From: Asterias rubens
Lineage: Eukaryota
Direction of reading: 5' to 3'
DNA: 64,000 nucleotides
Assembly (NCBI RefSeq): GCF_902459465.1
Contig: NC_047070.1
Location: 15,624,001 to 15,688,000, forward strand
The translations under genes and the position numbers were made by a program. Under the pieces are notes generated by a model that saw only the letters and a list, made by a program, of their open reading frames with translations, made no database searches and was not told the DNA's origin. Shown here piece after piece: positions 12,386 to 24,470 of this stretch; the first letter of the stretch is position 1; the number at the start of each line of letters is the position of its first letter.

Positions 12386-13862
12386 ATTGAAATGAAAATT
12401 AAAGAAATTAAATCATCAAGACTTTCCTTTCTTTTCGACGATAAACCAAAATCGGAAGTCCCTGCACATCCATCGTCCGAAATTAATACCTGCAAGTGTA
12501 TAATCTTAGAATATACATATTATAATATTGATGATGAAGATGATCTGAACACAAAGAAAACAAACATATTTGCACTTAAACATTGTGACACATAGCAACC
12601 CACGTTGCCAATGCAAGTGTTTCCTGATGATAATTGAAAGACAAGCTTTTGTCTTTTAAGCCTTTAAGCATTGCCATTATAATTTAGCCACCATGAGAAG
12701 CTCCTATCATAATAATAAGATTGCATTTTATTGAAATACCTGCGTTTCATAAAACTTCTTTAAGCACATTTATCCCGCGGTTGCACATCTTAACAAAATC
12801 CCCAGCAAACCATAATAATGAAGTTTCCTTTTATGAAGTGCCTGGCAAGAAATTGCTCTTCAATTTAGGACGAGAGACTGTATTTTAATGCCTCCGATCT
12901 CTCAAGGCGCTTATACATTTTCTTTAAAGACGGAAAAGAATACACTACAACAATCCACGTCATCACAACCCTGCCTTGCAGCGGTCATTCGTGGTAACTA
13001 AAAAGAGTGGGACGAATCTTTCCTGTGTGTTTCTTACCCTCCGGTCCAAAGACTGCGCTGGATTTGTTTCACATTTCTCTTTCAATATTGAGTTATACTT
13101 TAATTGTTCTTTTGCTCTTGACTTGATTTAGAGGGACGGGTATGTTGTATCTTTCTTGTCTATTCACCTGTCTTCATAACGTTATTAAAAAATAATACTG
13201 TAAGGGGTAAAGAGTAATTTTGACATAACCTGATAATTCTATCCCGTTGGTTTAAGGCATTGCATGCAACGGGAACCAACATTAATCACATTGTCTTGAA
13301 CATAGATACTTGCGCCCTCTTCAGTTAAAATTGCACAATGTGGAATCGATAGGAACTTTTAAGAAAATTATGAGTGTGATCTCAAGATGTCGTTGAAATG
13401 ACTTTGCACATTCTGAGAGAGAAGAAGAAACAATTTGCCTGACCATTCTGAGTAGCTTTCAATCGGCCGAGATGAAATGTATGCTTCGACAACAAACTCT
13501 TGCTTGTTAAAAACAAGACAGACGCAATATCTTAATATTATAGTGTTGTAGTATCCTAAATAATACGGTAAATCGAATCTTGATGTAATTTGCGCCTTCG
13601 AACATCCTATATTAGTATTTTAAAATGAAGCAAGCAATATCGGCATAAATCAATCAATCAATCAATCAACCAGTTGATTGAAACACTAGTATACAATCGA
13701 AAGCTTATATCGATTTGCCAACATTTATTTTGCTAAGTGATAAAGAAGTGTATTTTCATGACAAACTCGTGCACTTATATTTGACAGCTAAGCATGTTGG
13801 AGAGTGTGAGAAACTGTACATCAGTTTCACACGCGATGATCTCGTGATGCAGCTAACACACA

Positions 13863-13940
13863 GTAACAGGATATGTAGAATGTTTGTTTCTTTCTAAGAA
13901 CGTAACAGGATATGTAGAATGTTTGTTTCTTTCTACGAAC
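13863..13940 (+). repeat. 39-bp tandem duplication
   Basis: GTAACAGGATATGTAGAATGTTTGTTTCTTTCTA(A/C)GAAC twice. Confidence 0.95.
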
Positions 13941-16400
13941 GTAAAAAATAAATAGAATCGATTCATTCAGGAAACGAGCGTGTTCAAAATGTACTGTCGA
14001 CCACGTGCACTTAGTAATAACAACTCTACTTACAGTGTGTTGTTTGGTAATAAAGAGATTGCAAAGCGTTTTCTATCACCATCCAAATCCGTCAAGTTCG
14101 TTGAACACACTAATTAAATAGAATATTCCATTATCTAACTCCTACAGGCATGCTGGAGGGAAAAGTTAGAAGCATGGCACTTAGATTGATGCAGTTATTG
14201 GTTACAGTGGTACTATAATGCGTCTGCAGTTTTCAATTAGGGGAATAGTTGTTATCATAATGAATGGCCAAAGTAACGGTTACAAAGAGACAATCGTATA
14301 TTATTTTGTTATGCAAAACCCGCAAAGATCCCCCAAATATTTCCAATATCTAAGACATATCCGAGGTCTGTTTTCCTGTAATTATATAAATATATGACAT
14401 TAATTTGTTCAATCACTGAAAGTATTTTTGTTATAATTTGAATAGATTTGTTTATGAAATAACAAAGTCATTTTCCATGTCATATTCAGTCCTGTTTTAA
14501 TGCATTTTGAATAAACTCAACCCACTACGAGCCAAGGTGTAATCCTTAAATATGACCACAGGAAATGTTCAGTCTTGGGGAAGTGAGTAAGACAAGAAAA
14601 TAAGATTGGCTGGATTAGGTCTTCATTTCATACACTTTGAATAGAAGAAGACCAACAGAATGGAATGAATGAAAAAAGAATCATCTTCGAGGCAATGCAC
14701 TAAACAGATTCTAGTTAATATTATTGAATCTGCATTCTTATTCATTTTCCTTTATATAGCATTATCATTCGCAAACAAAAAGGAATTTCCGTGTGAGTGT
14801 TGATTGATCAACCTCACGCATCAGTTGAAATAAAATTGTTTAGTTTTCATCAACCTGTAATGCTAGAGTTGGTATTTCAAAGTAAATTAAAACTGACAGC
14901 TTCGGTTACAGAGTGCGTATACGGGCTTCAGTGGGTTGGTAGTACTGCGCATATATTATCTGAAAAACAAATTAAGGTTGACGAGTGAGATAAAAGTGTA
15001 GTATGTATTCAACACGTCTGACCAGAAGGGTGTTGCAATTCTCAACACACCGTGCCCTCACTGCGCCAACCCTTTGCTTTTGTGTCGTTATTGATGTTTG
15101 TAAACTACTGGGGACGGGTGAATTTAATAAGTGACTGATTCGCCTCTGCCATATAAACTTACAAACTTCAAGAAAATACATAATTTTTTAGCATGAGTTG
15201 GATTCAATGTTTTAGGGTACATTCTCGTTTCATTGAAAAGTCAAGCTTCTACAAACTAATTTTGTTCGACGTAATCAGAGTCCAAAACTACTTTTGAGAT
15301 ATGGGCTTGCTTGATCTAAATGAATGTTGTGCAAGTGACAAAAAAGCAAATATTAATAATCAAGTTATTCCAGTTGGCAATCAGGACTATTTGAAAGTAG
15401 GAAAGTGAGTGAGCTAATTTTTCATGAATGTCTTGAGCTAAACGAGGATCTGGTCATGTTCGAGGGAGATATTATCAAATGGCATTGAACAATTCCTTTA
15501 TAAATTTAATAAACCTACTGGCAATTATTGTCAAAAGAAATCATTTTTGTTTGAAATATCAAGTTAGGCGGTGATAGTGAGAGCTTACTGGACTGGATAA
15601 AACCGTTTATTAAAAATCAGCGGGTTTTAAAAGATTACTCTTCCCAAAACAAATCGTTTATTTGTTTATTCGAACTCAATCCTTGTGAGATTGTTCTTTT
15701 TCCTGTTTCCAATTTTTTTTCAACGAAAATTCCTCGCGTAATTGAAATTTTCTTTCTTAGTTCTTGACCCTTTTCTCTTTATCAGTAAATGCAGTTTACT
15801 TTTATTTTTGTTTGCGTAAAAAGTGATTTATAGTTCCAGAAATCTTTAAGTACGGGCCAATGCCTATCCTCTGAGTGTTCTTTTTCCCCAAATCTTTTGA
15901 AGGTGGTCTAGTTTACCAGAACGTTGACTCATATCGATGAAATATCAGCCTTCCCTATAGAATAAACCAGTTTCATTCCATACAACCACATTGTGATTCA
16001 AAATGAGCATGCAAATATAGCCATTAAATCGCGCCCCACCGCGTCTATTTGCTAATCTTATACCGGTTACATTTGGATGAAAACGCTTTGTCGTGGGGGT
16101 ATAATTCCGGAAGGTATATATTCCTTTCACTCATGAATGCCTGTTCCCTTTCACTTTCTTCTCCTGGGCGGAGTGCTGCTGAAATGTCAGGGTCCCAGGG
16201 GAAAGCAAAAGTCCAGGTTTCGACTCTTATTACAGAAATTGGGTGACGAACTTGTGTTATCACCAGACCTTAGGGACTTGGGTAATACATATTTCCTTTT
16301 GAGAGTAAATGATATGCAATATGTGTAAAAAATGAGTGCCCCTTTTGTTTCGTGGTGAATTAGCGATTAAAATGCACTCATTATTGTAACAGAAGTTATA

Positions 16401-16495
16401 TGGCCTGACGTTTCGACCTTATCAAAGTCTATTATTTTTTTATATTTTTTTTTAGCCTTTGAGAAACACTCTGCAAGGGTAGAAGCGTCATGCCA
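16401..16495. mobile_element. Inverted pair of Penelope-like hammerhead-like motifs (type 2)
   Basis: 16401-16430 (minus: GACTTTGATAAGGTC GAAAC GTC AGGCCA) and 16453-16495 (plus: TAGCCT TTGAGAAA CACTCTGCAAGGGT AGAAGC GTC ATGCC). Confidence 0.5.
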
Positions 16496-16738
16496 ATACT
16501 GGTTGTTTGCCTTTATATCATAAGTCCTTTTGGTTAGTAAGCAATAATAAAAAATAAAATTTGAAACTTTGCATATAAATCATAGTTAAACTGGAAAACG
16601 TTGGGTGTTAAAATGTGCGTTGGCACATGATACTACAAAAGGTGTCAAATTATTGCACACATTTCTGTCAACACGGATACATTTTTGCAGTAGCCAACAG
16701 AAACATGCAGACAAATACACATATAGTTTTTCAAATAG

Positions 16739-19326
16739 TTTATTCAAGATGGTAAAATGAAGCCAAAATAAAAGATTGTACGCCTTTTATATACAGTATA
16801 CTCCACATTCTTACTTAAGATAGATATATATGAATTTGACTTGGTTATTTTTATGCTTTTTAAGAATAGCTACGTGCCTACAATCAGAGCTTGATGTATT
16901 AAATACAGTACTAAAGAACAAATAATTGTTCCCCAAGGTCTAGGCCAGAATTACCCAGATTAAGAAAGAATGACCAGGAAACAAACCTCAAAAGCTAATG
17001 CAGGTCCCGGAAGCAAATGCAAAGAATCCGGAAGTAACTGCAAAGAATCCGGAAAGCAATGTCAAGCTCGACCCAATTTACTTTGTGAACCCTTTTTGAA
17101 TTAACCAAGGACCATTTAAATTTCGCATGCATGTAACACACAATGGAAATAGTAATGGTTTTTATGCTGAATTGGTTAAAATATGAAAAGTGACTTGGGC
17201 CCATCTGTTGGTATAAAGTTTAATCAGCGGTTGATTTTAGTAGCTGTATGTAAATTGGGTTCCTATTGGTAGAAATGGATTCCAGACCCACCTCTGCTTT
17301 GTATAAGAAATACATTGTATGAAATAACATGTTTTGAGAGTAAAATCTAAGGAATCTGCTGAAAGATGTATATCTCATCAGTACTGTGCTTTGGCAAGTG
17401 TTTTTTGAGAACTGCATTTTGCCCAACCTGTGTAGTACGCTTCTTCAAAAAAAAATCGTTGAAACAACAATTTATGATAAATATGCCGATGGCCAACCAT
17501 AGAATTAGAGCCTTCACAATAACGTAATGAAAACATGATGACAGTGATGAAGCAATCGCCATTGGTTGCTCCTGAGTTATTTCAGTCGTCAAAACATTTT
17601 CTGAAAGAAACGTCCAACAACAAAAAGGCAATTTTAATTAAGACGTCTCATTTCCCCTTAGATACCCTTGAGTATAAGCTCGTTGCAAATATAGGTTTGT
17701 GGTGAGAAACATCCCACACCCTTGCAGTTCCCTCTTAGGAAACAAACAAGATACAAGCGTTAGCCTAGTTTGCATTTTGAATATCAGTTCCTTGTATCCA
17801 AATAACGCAGTAGTCAAAATGGCGGCACGATGTTTGTTTTGACTGTCATTTTTTTAATTTGTAAATATCAAATTTCTTTTTATTTGATTGCATTTAGCAA
17901 GTACTGTAATCACCAAGTGGCGAACCAATTATTTATAGCGTTTGGATTGCTGGAGTTGTTAACAAGTTTGACCCAAATAATAAAAGCAGTTCGCGTTAGG
18001 ACTGAGTTTTGCTCTTCCCAAGGCTAACTAGCATAGAAACAATTTGTGAAAAATAAAATTGGTCTCAAGTGATCCGTAGGTGCATTATAGTTAAAGCATT
18101 TACTTAAAGAATAGCCCAACTACATTCAATCTCAACCAGTCAATATGAACTGAGATAATTTAAATTACCCTACAAGAATATCTCTAATAGTGATGTTCTT
18201 AATCTAAAAATCAAAATAATAATAGTAATTAATATGTGAACATAAATTTAACATACTTTACAACGGTCAGTCATAAGAGGTTGCCAGGTGCACAATTCTG
18301 TCAAAAACTTTTGTTTTTCTTCATTTAGCTTCTTAATTTACTGATATAATAATTCAATTGATTACACCCGTGGACTAAAACATTGACCTTTGCTGAACGT
18401 GGTTTACACCTTATATTGGACTCGTAATAATTATTATTATTAAGGGGAATTTCATCTCTTAAAGCATGCTAACCTTCCGGTGCTTATTGATGGTAAACCT
18501 TGGTGCTGCAATAGCTGGCCGCTCAATTGTCTTGTTAACCTGTAAAAATACGCTTACGCCTAAGCACATTTGTATGCTTAACACGAATATTTTGCTTTCT
18601 TATGGGACTAGAATTCCAAAAGCAATAAGCTTTTAGAATCTAACTAGTGGTTTGTAGGTTTTCATAGAGTAATTTGTAAAATTTTAAAAGGATGAACTGA
18701 ACAGGGAACATCAAAAATGTACGCAGTATGGTAGGGCCTTCTTGTTTTTAAACGTCAAATGGCTGGGAAATTAATCGTATCGGTTTATTTTTAGAAAACT
18801 GTTTTCTCAAAAACGCTTCAATCCCCACGTGTTCAAAAAAAAATTACGGGTGTTTTGAAGAAAGAAAAAAGGACCGTCGAAAATATCGGCGGGAATAATT
18901 GAATGATAGCAATGTCAATTGTTAGTAGCTGTGTGGTCAAAGGAGGTTTTTATACGTTGGAGAATAAAGGCGCCCGCGTACACACCCCAAAACACAATCG
19001 AAAAGGGGCTGATGTACTATTCTGAAAATATACAAGTTTGTCGTTTTCACTTTTCAGTTGTCTCGTTTAATTTCATAGTCGCTGTGTTGAGGGAGAGTAA
19101 ACCCCCCAAGCACAAGGGTGGTCCCTCTCAGTCGATTTTCATCCATCATTTTTTATCCTGCGGAATGACGTTACTACTCTAAAGTAGAGAATCGGAACTG
19201 CCCATCACGGTCTCCCTGGTAATAAGGTCCTGCAATTCATGTCTGGGCACAGCCTCCTCCATTTCGCAAGATAGACAAAGATAGACGTGGTATAGTAGTC
19301 TGGCGTCTGATTTCATCTTAGAAGTG
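16739..19326 (-). other. CRZP: Possible 3'UTR of the corazonin gene, ending near a polyadenylation signal
   Basis: AATAAA at 16744-16739 is followed by a GU-rich tract (TGTGTATTTGTCTGCATGTTTCTGTTGG). Nearer candidates exist (ATTAAA at 19071, AATAAA at 18789), so the end is unresolved. Confidence 0.25.
17007..17057 (+). repeat. Short 21-bp tandem duplication
   Basis: TGCAAAGAATCCGGAA occurs twice, 21 bp apart. Confidence 0.85.
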
Positions 19327-19440
19327 TCATTTTCTTTCGGTTTGAGGCAGCCGAACGTTGTCAAGTAGCTTCAAGAGGAAACTGCAGTAGTCTCTCATGT
19401 CGACCAGCATCTCCCGTAGCGTAATTGTCGTTTCTCCTTG
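19327..19440 (-). CDS. CRZP: Corazonin-type precursor, last coding exon (QGETTITLREMLVDMRDYCSFLLKLLDNVRLPQTERK*)
   Basis: A pyrimidine tract and CTGCAG acceptor end at 19441. The exon joins exon 1 in phase 0 to give a 99-aa precursor that agrees with the recalled A. rubens sequence. Stop TGA at 19329-19327. Confidence 0.93.
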   Translation of the reverse strand, partial: QGETTITLREMLVDMRDYCSFLLKLLDNVRLPQTERK

Positions 19441-19589
19441 CTGCAGAAAAAATAAAGAGACAATTGAAAAACAGATTAGTGTCACGGTTAAAATCTCTGT
19501 AAATATAAAAAAAATACAGCTTTCCATCAGAACAAACTATACTTTCATTTGGAGGACTCAATCTGACCTAGAATAGAGTGGGACAAAAT

Positions 19590-19724
19590 TTATAAACTCA
19601 GTTAACCATGGAGTTTTCTAAGATTTCAGCAAACCGTATAACCCTCCGGGAACTAAACAACAAATTAACTGAGCTAAGTTTTGTTTAAAAAGAAAAAAGA
19701 AAAAAAAGAAGAAACCCCCCCCCC

Positions 19725-19756
<32 letters not shown>

Positions 19757-21150
19757 CTAAGAAAAACCATGGAATTTTATCGGAACCTTATGGGTTACAA
19801 AATACCGCAACCTTCAGACTTTTGTAAAAACCAGGCTAGCCTTAATATCTTATTCTTACGGATACCGCAACCTTTATCATAACACGGCTATGTGATTATT
19901 TGACTTCAAGAACCAAATAAACCTTATAATCTTAAGGGGACCAAATTATAAAGTATCGCAACCTTTATCAGAACAAGGGTAAATGTTTTGACTTTTGTAA
20001 GAACCAAGCAAACCTTGGAATCTTACAGGAACTATAAATGTAACAATTTAAATACTCTCTATTCAACTCAGCTAAATCTTTTAATCTTCCTAGCACACAG
20101 TCAACCACTCGCAAGATGTCGTAAATACATTTCTGGCATAAAAATAATGAAACCAATTTGTTGAATTAATTCCAACCAAACGTGCTTTTGGTAATACAAA
20201 AGTACCTAAAGATGAAATGTACCGAAAGCATTCCCGTAGCATGGACCCTTTATTCTACACGCGATACACATGACTTGAAAGGGCTCCGTAGGATTTTACT
20301 TTGAGAAAGCGGAAGAAGAGTGCAGAATTGTCAAATGGAATTTTAATGGAACTAAGACATAAAATACCGCAACCTTTATCAGTACACGGTTATGTATAGA
20401 CTTTTTTAAGAACCAAGGAAAACTTAAAATGTTGCGGGAGGATAGGTTAGAAAAGACCGCAACCTTTATCAGGAACATGGTCACATTTGACTTTTGTAAG
20501 AAATACATGGAACTTGCAATGTAATAAATACAACCTTAGAGCTCAGGTATATAATGGAGTTTTCAAAGAATCCAGCACACCATAGAACTAAACAATATGC
20601 AAGAAAACTCAGCTATCTTTTGAGTTTTGTAAAACCCAAGAAACCCTTGGATTTTTACCGAAACTAGGCTACACAATACCCCAAACCTTTAGCCTTTTTG
20701 AAGAAGCAAACAAACCTTGCAATGGAATCTAACGAGAGATGAGTTTTAAACTAAACTTTGTCTGAATACGGTTGTCTTTGGACTTTTGTAAGAACCAAAC
20801 GAACTATTAAGTAACCTCGCTGTCAGAACTCATCTATATCTTTAATTTTTTTTATAGAACTCAGTCAACAACTCGTGTTGTTGTAAACAATTATATACAT
20901 CTCTGACATAAAGATAATTAAAATATGGTTGAAAATATCACCCAAGCGTGCTTTTAGTAAATGCACAAGTACTCAAAGATGCAGTGTGCAAAGACATTCC
21001 AGTAGCATGGACTCTTTATTCCTCACGACATGTATTGATTGTAATAACAAAGGAATCCGTAGGGTATTTTATACCCGTCTTATTCGTAGCCAAGATGAAT
21101 TATTTTAAGCCATTTTACTATTAAAGCGGAAAGGGGAGAGAGGAGGATGG
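19590..21150 (+). repeat. Complex diverged duplication with recurrent ACCGCAACCTTTATCA core
   Basis: Cores at 19802 (partial), 19864, 19955, 20366 and 20456; blocks 20030-20300 ~ 20830-21075 and 19590-19830 ~ 20520-20710. Confidence 0.75.
19725..19752. repeat. (CA)n microsatellite after a poly-C run
   Basis: About 14 CA units. Confidence 0.95.
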
Positions 21151-21938
21151 TCAAATGGAGTTGTTTTGTTTACTTGACCGTTCTCTATATAAAGAAATAT
21201 AAGCATTTTATCGCCTATTTGCCATTTTTCTTAATGTCGCATATGTTTGATAATCTCTGATTGATAATCCAAACAACAATGCTTGTTCTGTTCGAAGTAC
21301 ATGTATATAGGCCAAGTTTATTTTGGGGTCAACAAAATATCAATTCAGGCCCTTTTTAATGTAAGACTTTTCAAACACGGTATTTTTGTATGCAGGTTCG
21401 ATTTCTTTGGGAAGATTTGTTCTGCGTAACAAGTTATTTCTTGGTGATGTTAACTAAGTATGCAAATTCTTTAAGATGATAGAAGACCCGGAAATATTAA
21501 GCTGAGGATTTCACTTGATTGGCCCTTATGATTTGGGCAGTGATGACGTAGTATGACCAGAGGACAATGTTGTGAAGAAAGAAATATAAGATAAGTCTCA
21601 TAAAGTTGTGCTAATTTTCATACACTATGGCCGCGCTGCAGCAACTTTTAAGCATTCGTGTCACGTAATCTTACTGATGTTAAGACTTTTAATGTTGCAT
21701 CAACAACACAACCAATGTATCAATTTTCGCTACGTATGTGATATTCTTCAAGCACCTCAAGCTTGTTCAGTGCTGAGTGTGCACAATGTTAGAAAGGAAG
21801 AAAGTAAAACTTAAAGAGGATCGCTGATGTCAGCAAATTGAAGGGAAATATCAGGATTTAAAATAAAGGGCAGCTTGTGTGATTTATGAGATGTTAAATT
21901 TGGACTCGGGTTTAATTCGAACCCACAACCTTCTTTAA

Positions 21939-22349
21939 AGCCCTGTTATTTAAACTATTGGTAATTGTCAAAGACCAGTCTTCTCACTTATTGTATCTCA
22001 ACACTTTAGTGTATCTCAACAAACCTGCGAAGATTTGAGCTCAATCGGTCGTCGAAGTTGCGAGATAATAATGAAGAAGAAAAAAAAACAAGAAAAAAAA
22101 CACATTGTCACACGATGGTCACACACAGTTGTGTGCTTTCAGATGCTTGATTTTGAGACCTCAAATTCAAAATTTGAGGTATCGAAATCAAAATCGTGGA
22201 AAACTACTTCTTTCTCGTAAACTACGTCTTTTCAGAGGGAATTATTTTCACAATGTTTTATACTATCAACCTCTCCCCATTACTCGTTATCAAGAAAGGT
22301 TTTATGATTAATAACTATTTTGAGTAATTACCAATAGGGTCCACTGCCT
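21939..22349 (-). mobile_element. MITE family A, one TIR disrupted
   Basis: Right end CCACTGCCT|TTAA at 22350; left end degenerate; body homologous to copy 197-605. Confidence 0.8.
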
Positions 22350-22540
22350 TTAATGTTTATAATACTGGGTTTTTTTTTTTTTGGGGGGGGGTTCTTTATT
22401 TTTTGTATACTCTTTCAAATTAAGGTAATGTGTGGCATTTGTGGTCGTGGTCGTCACTGGTACTTTTTACTCTTTGAATCAAGATGCGGTTCATCACTCA
22501 CGGTTCATGAACTCTCGTTCAAGGACATCCCAAATAAGGA

Positions 22541-22630
22541 AAATATCATCAAATTATTGACGACATTGTCAATTTGTTTCAATGGAAAAATATCATCAAA
22601 TTATTGACAACACTTTAATTTGTTTAATGG
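22541..22630 (+). repeat. About 47-bp tandem duplication
   Basis: AAATATCATCAAATTATTGAC.ACA...AATTTGTTT..ATGG twice. Confidence 0.85.
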
Positions 22631-23414
22631 GCTCTTTATTCATTGACCCATATGGAGATATCAAATTTTATAAATGGACCTAATGATCAATAAGTTTTAA
22701 TTGCTTTCCACCTGTCAAATACATCAAACTGCCACAGGTCAATGGAGATGCTTTTATTTTACAACACAGATATCGTTGCCTACTTCACTTTTGTCCATAC
22801 ATCTTCAAGAGATACCGTTGCCCGCAGGCTTAGGGGGTGGACATATATATACATCCGTTTTTAATTGAGTGGGTAGCAAAACACTTGGTATTTTAGCATT
22901 TTTGTTAGACACTCGTCAGCAACATGATCTTTCTGTATATTGACTGTAGTATTTCCCATGGCATGGCTGTTCCCTGAATGTATGTGGGCGATTATTATTA
23001 TTGATCAAGGGGGGAAAAGAATAACAATCCACGAAGGTGGGATGAGAAGTGTCAAATATAACATGCTGGAAATGATGCACAATATCCCCCAGCTGAAGGA
23101 ATTATCATTACCATAATTAGATTTAAAAAAAAAGGAAAGTTCCTTTGAAAGATATAGACCCTCCCAACTTAGGACTCTTCAGTTAAGGATTAGCAAAGAC
23201 ATTGGGATAATAATTAGCTACAATGACGGATGAGAGAGTCCAGACGCGAGTTCAGATTTCTTAATTTGATTAAAGATGTACTAACAATAATAGATCCGTG
23301 GTTTCTAACATAAGTGTGGAACACGTACCATCTCACCTTAGGTAAAATGTCCATTCATCTACTTACCCAGGCCCGAATGCTTCGTTTGTTGTTGTTGTTT
23401 TATTTTTGTTTTTA

Positions 23415-23563
23415 TTAAGTGCAAGGCCACCAAGACGATTTCTCCTTGGTGAGGGGAACACTAAGAGAACATTGTAAATTTCTACATCATTTGACGGGTA
23501 CCAAGGCAATGACCAGCGGGCAGAGGCAATTGCCTTAACTGCCCCCGTGAAGTATCAGGCCTG
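23415..23563 (-). repeat. Repeat family D (CAGGCCTG terminus)
   Basis: CTGGTCATTGCCTTGGT motif (minus strand) resembles 58790-58808. Confidence 0.4.
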
Positions 23564-23923
23564 TTAACCCCAAACTAGTCACTTAAAATTCTTGAGAGGA
23601 AATATGGAGAGTGTTTGACTTTCTAGTCCATCTTCATTTCAATTCAATTAAATTCACTTTATTTCCATTCCATACCCAAGAAGATAAACAATGAAACATA
23701 AACATAGAAATAACGACTTTAATATGGGAAAACAAATCTTGAGAGATTATGCTCTTAATAAGATAGAAGACACGTCTTGACTGAGTCCACTGACATGATC
23801 TCTTCATCTTTGCCTGAAGGAAGATACCCTGACAATACCCTCTGGTATCTCCAAGGGCACATTAGGCTTAGATTTAAAGTCACAATGAAAAAATCATCAG
23901 TCACAATGAGAAGCATCTTTTAA

Positions 23924-24270
23924 TGGCATTAGACACTAGTGGTTATTATTCAAAATAATTGTTAGTGTACAAACTTGGTATTTGAGCAATGAATAATAGA
24001 AAACAAACGACTCCCTGACAAACGACTCCCTCTGAAGTAACGTATAGTTTTTGAGAAAGAGGTAATTTTTCACTTAAATATTAAACTACTTTATCGGGCC
24101 TGAAGCCCTTTTTAGGCATCTGAAAGCACACACATTTCTCTTGCAACTTCGATGACCAAGTGAGTCAACAATTTCACGAATCTGTTATTTCATGCATACT
24201 TTGGGTACACCAAGCGTGGCAAGTGAACAAATGGTCTTATACAATTTACCAAAAGTGTCCAGTCAGTTTT
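23924..24270 (+). mobile_element. MITE family A, older diverged subfamily
   Basis: Degenerate TIRs; shared core ACGACTCCCTCTGAAGTAACG and GCAACTTCGATGACC. Confidence 0.7.
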
Positions 24271-24293
24271 CAAAATATATATGTTTCAATAAT

Positions 24294-24470
24294 GGGCACC
24301 CGCGTTGGCTCAGTGATTTATTCCCTGCAGTTCACCTCTGTGGAGCCCGGTTCGAACCCCAGGCAGGTGGCGTGCCTGCGGGTTGGGTTTTTCAGTCCCT
24401 ACTTGACTGTGTGGGTTTTCCCATGTTGGCATTCTCTCACACAAGTGTTTTCTTTACCATCTTCTCTAAA
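24294..24470 (+). mobile_element. tRNA-derived SINE-like element
   Basis: A box TGGCTCAGTGA (24306) and B box GGTTCGAACCC (24349), followed by a non-tRNA body; no cloverleaf 3' end. Confidence 0.65.

Noticed and set aside
16137-16328. Signal-peptide-like ORF MPVPFHFLLLGGVLLKCQG...
   Set aside because: Short hydrophobic core, no dibasic-flanked peptide, and no promoter or splice support.
19179-19364. 61-aa ORF overlapping the last exon and 3'UTR
   Set aside because: TTG start, alternative frame of the real exon, no recognisable product.
24294-24365. Possible tRNA gene
   Set aside because: A and B boxes are present, but there is no acceptor stem or oligo-T terminator; it continues into a SINE-like body.
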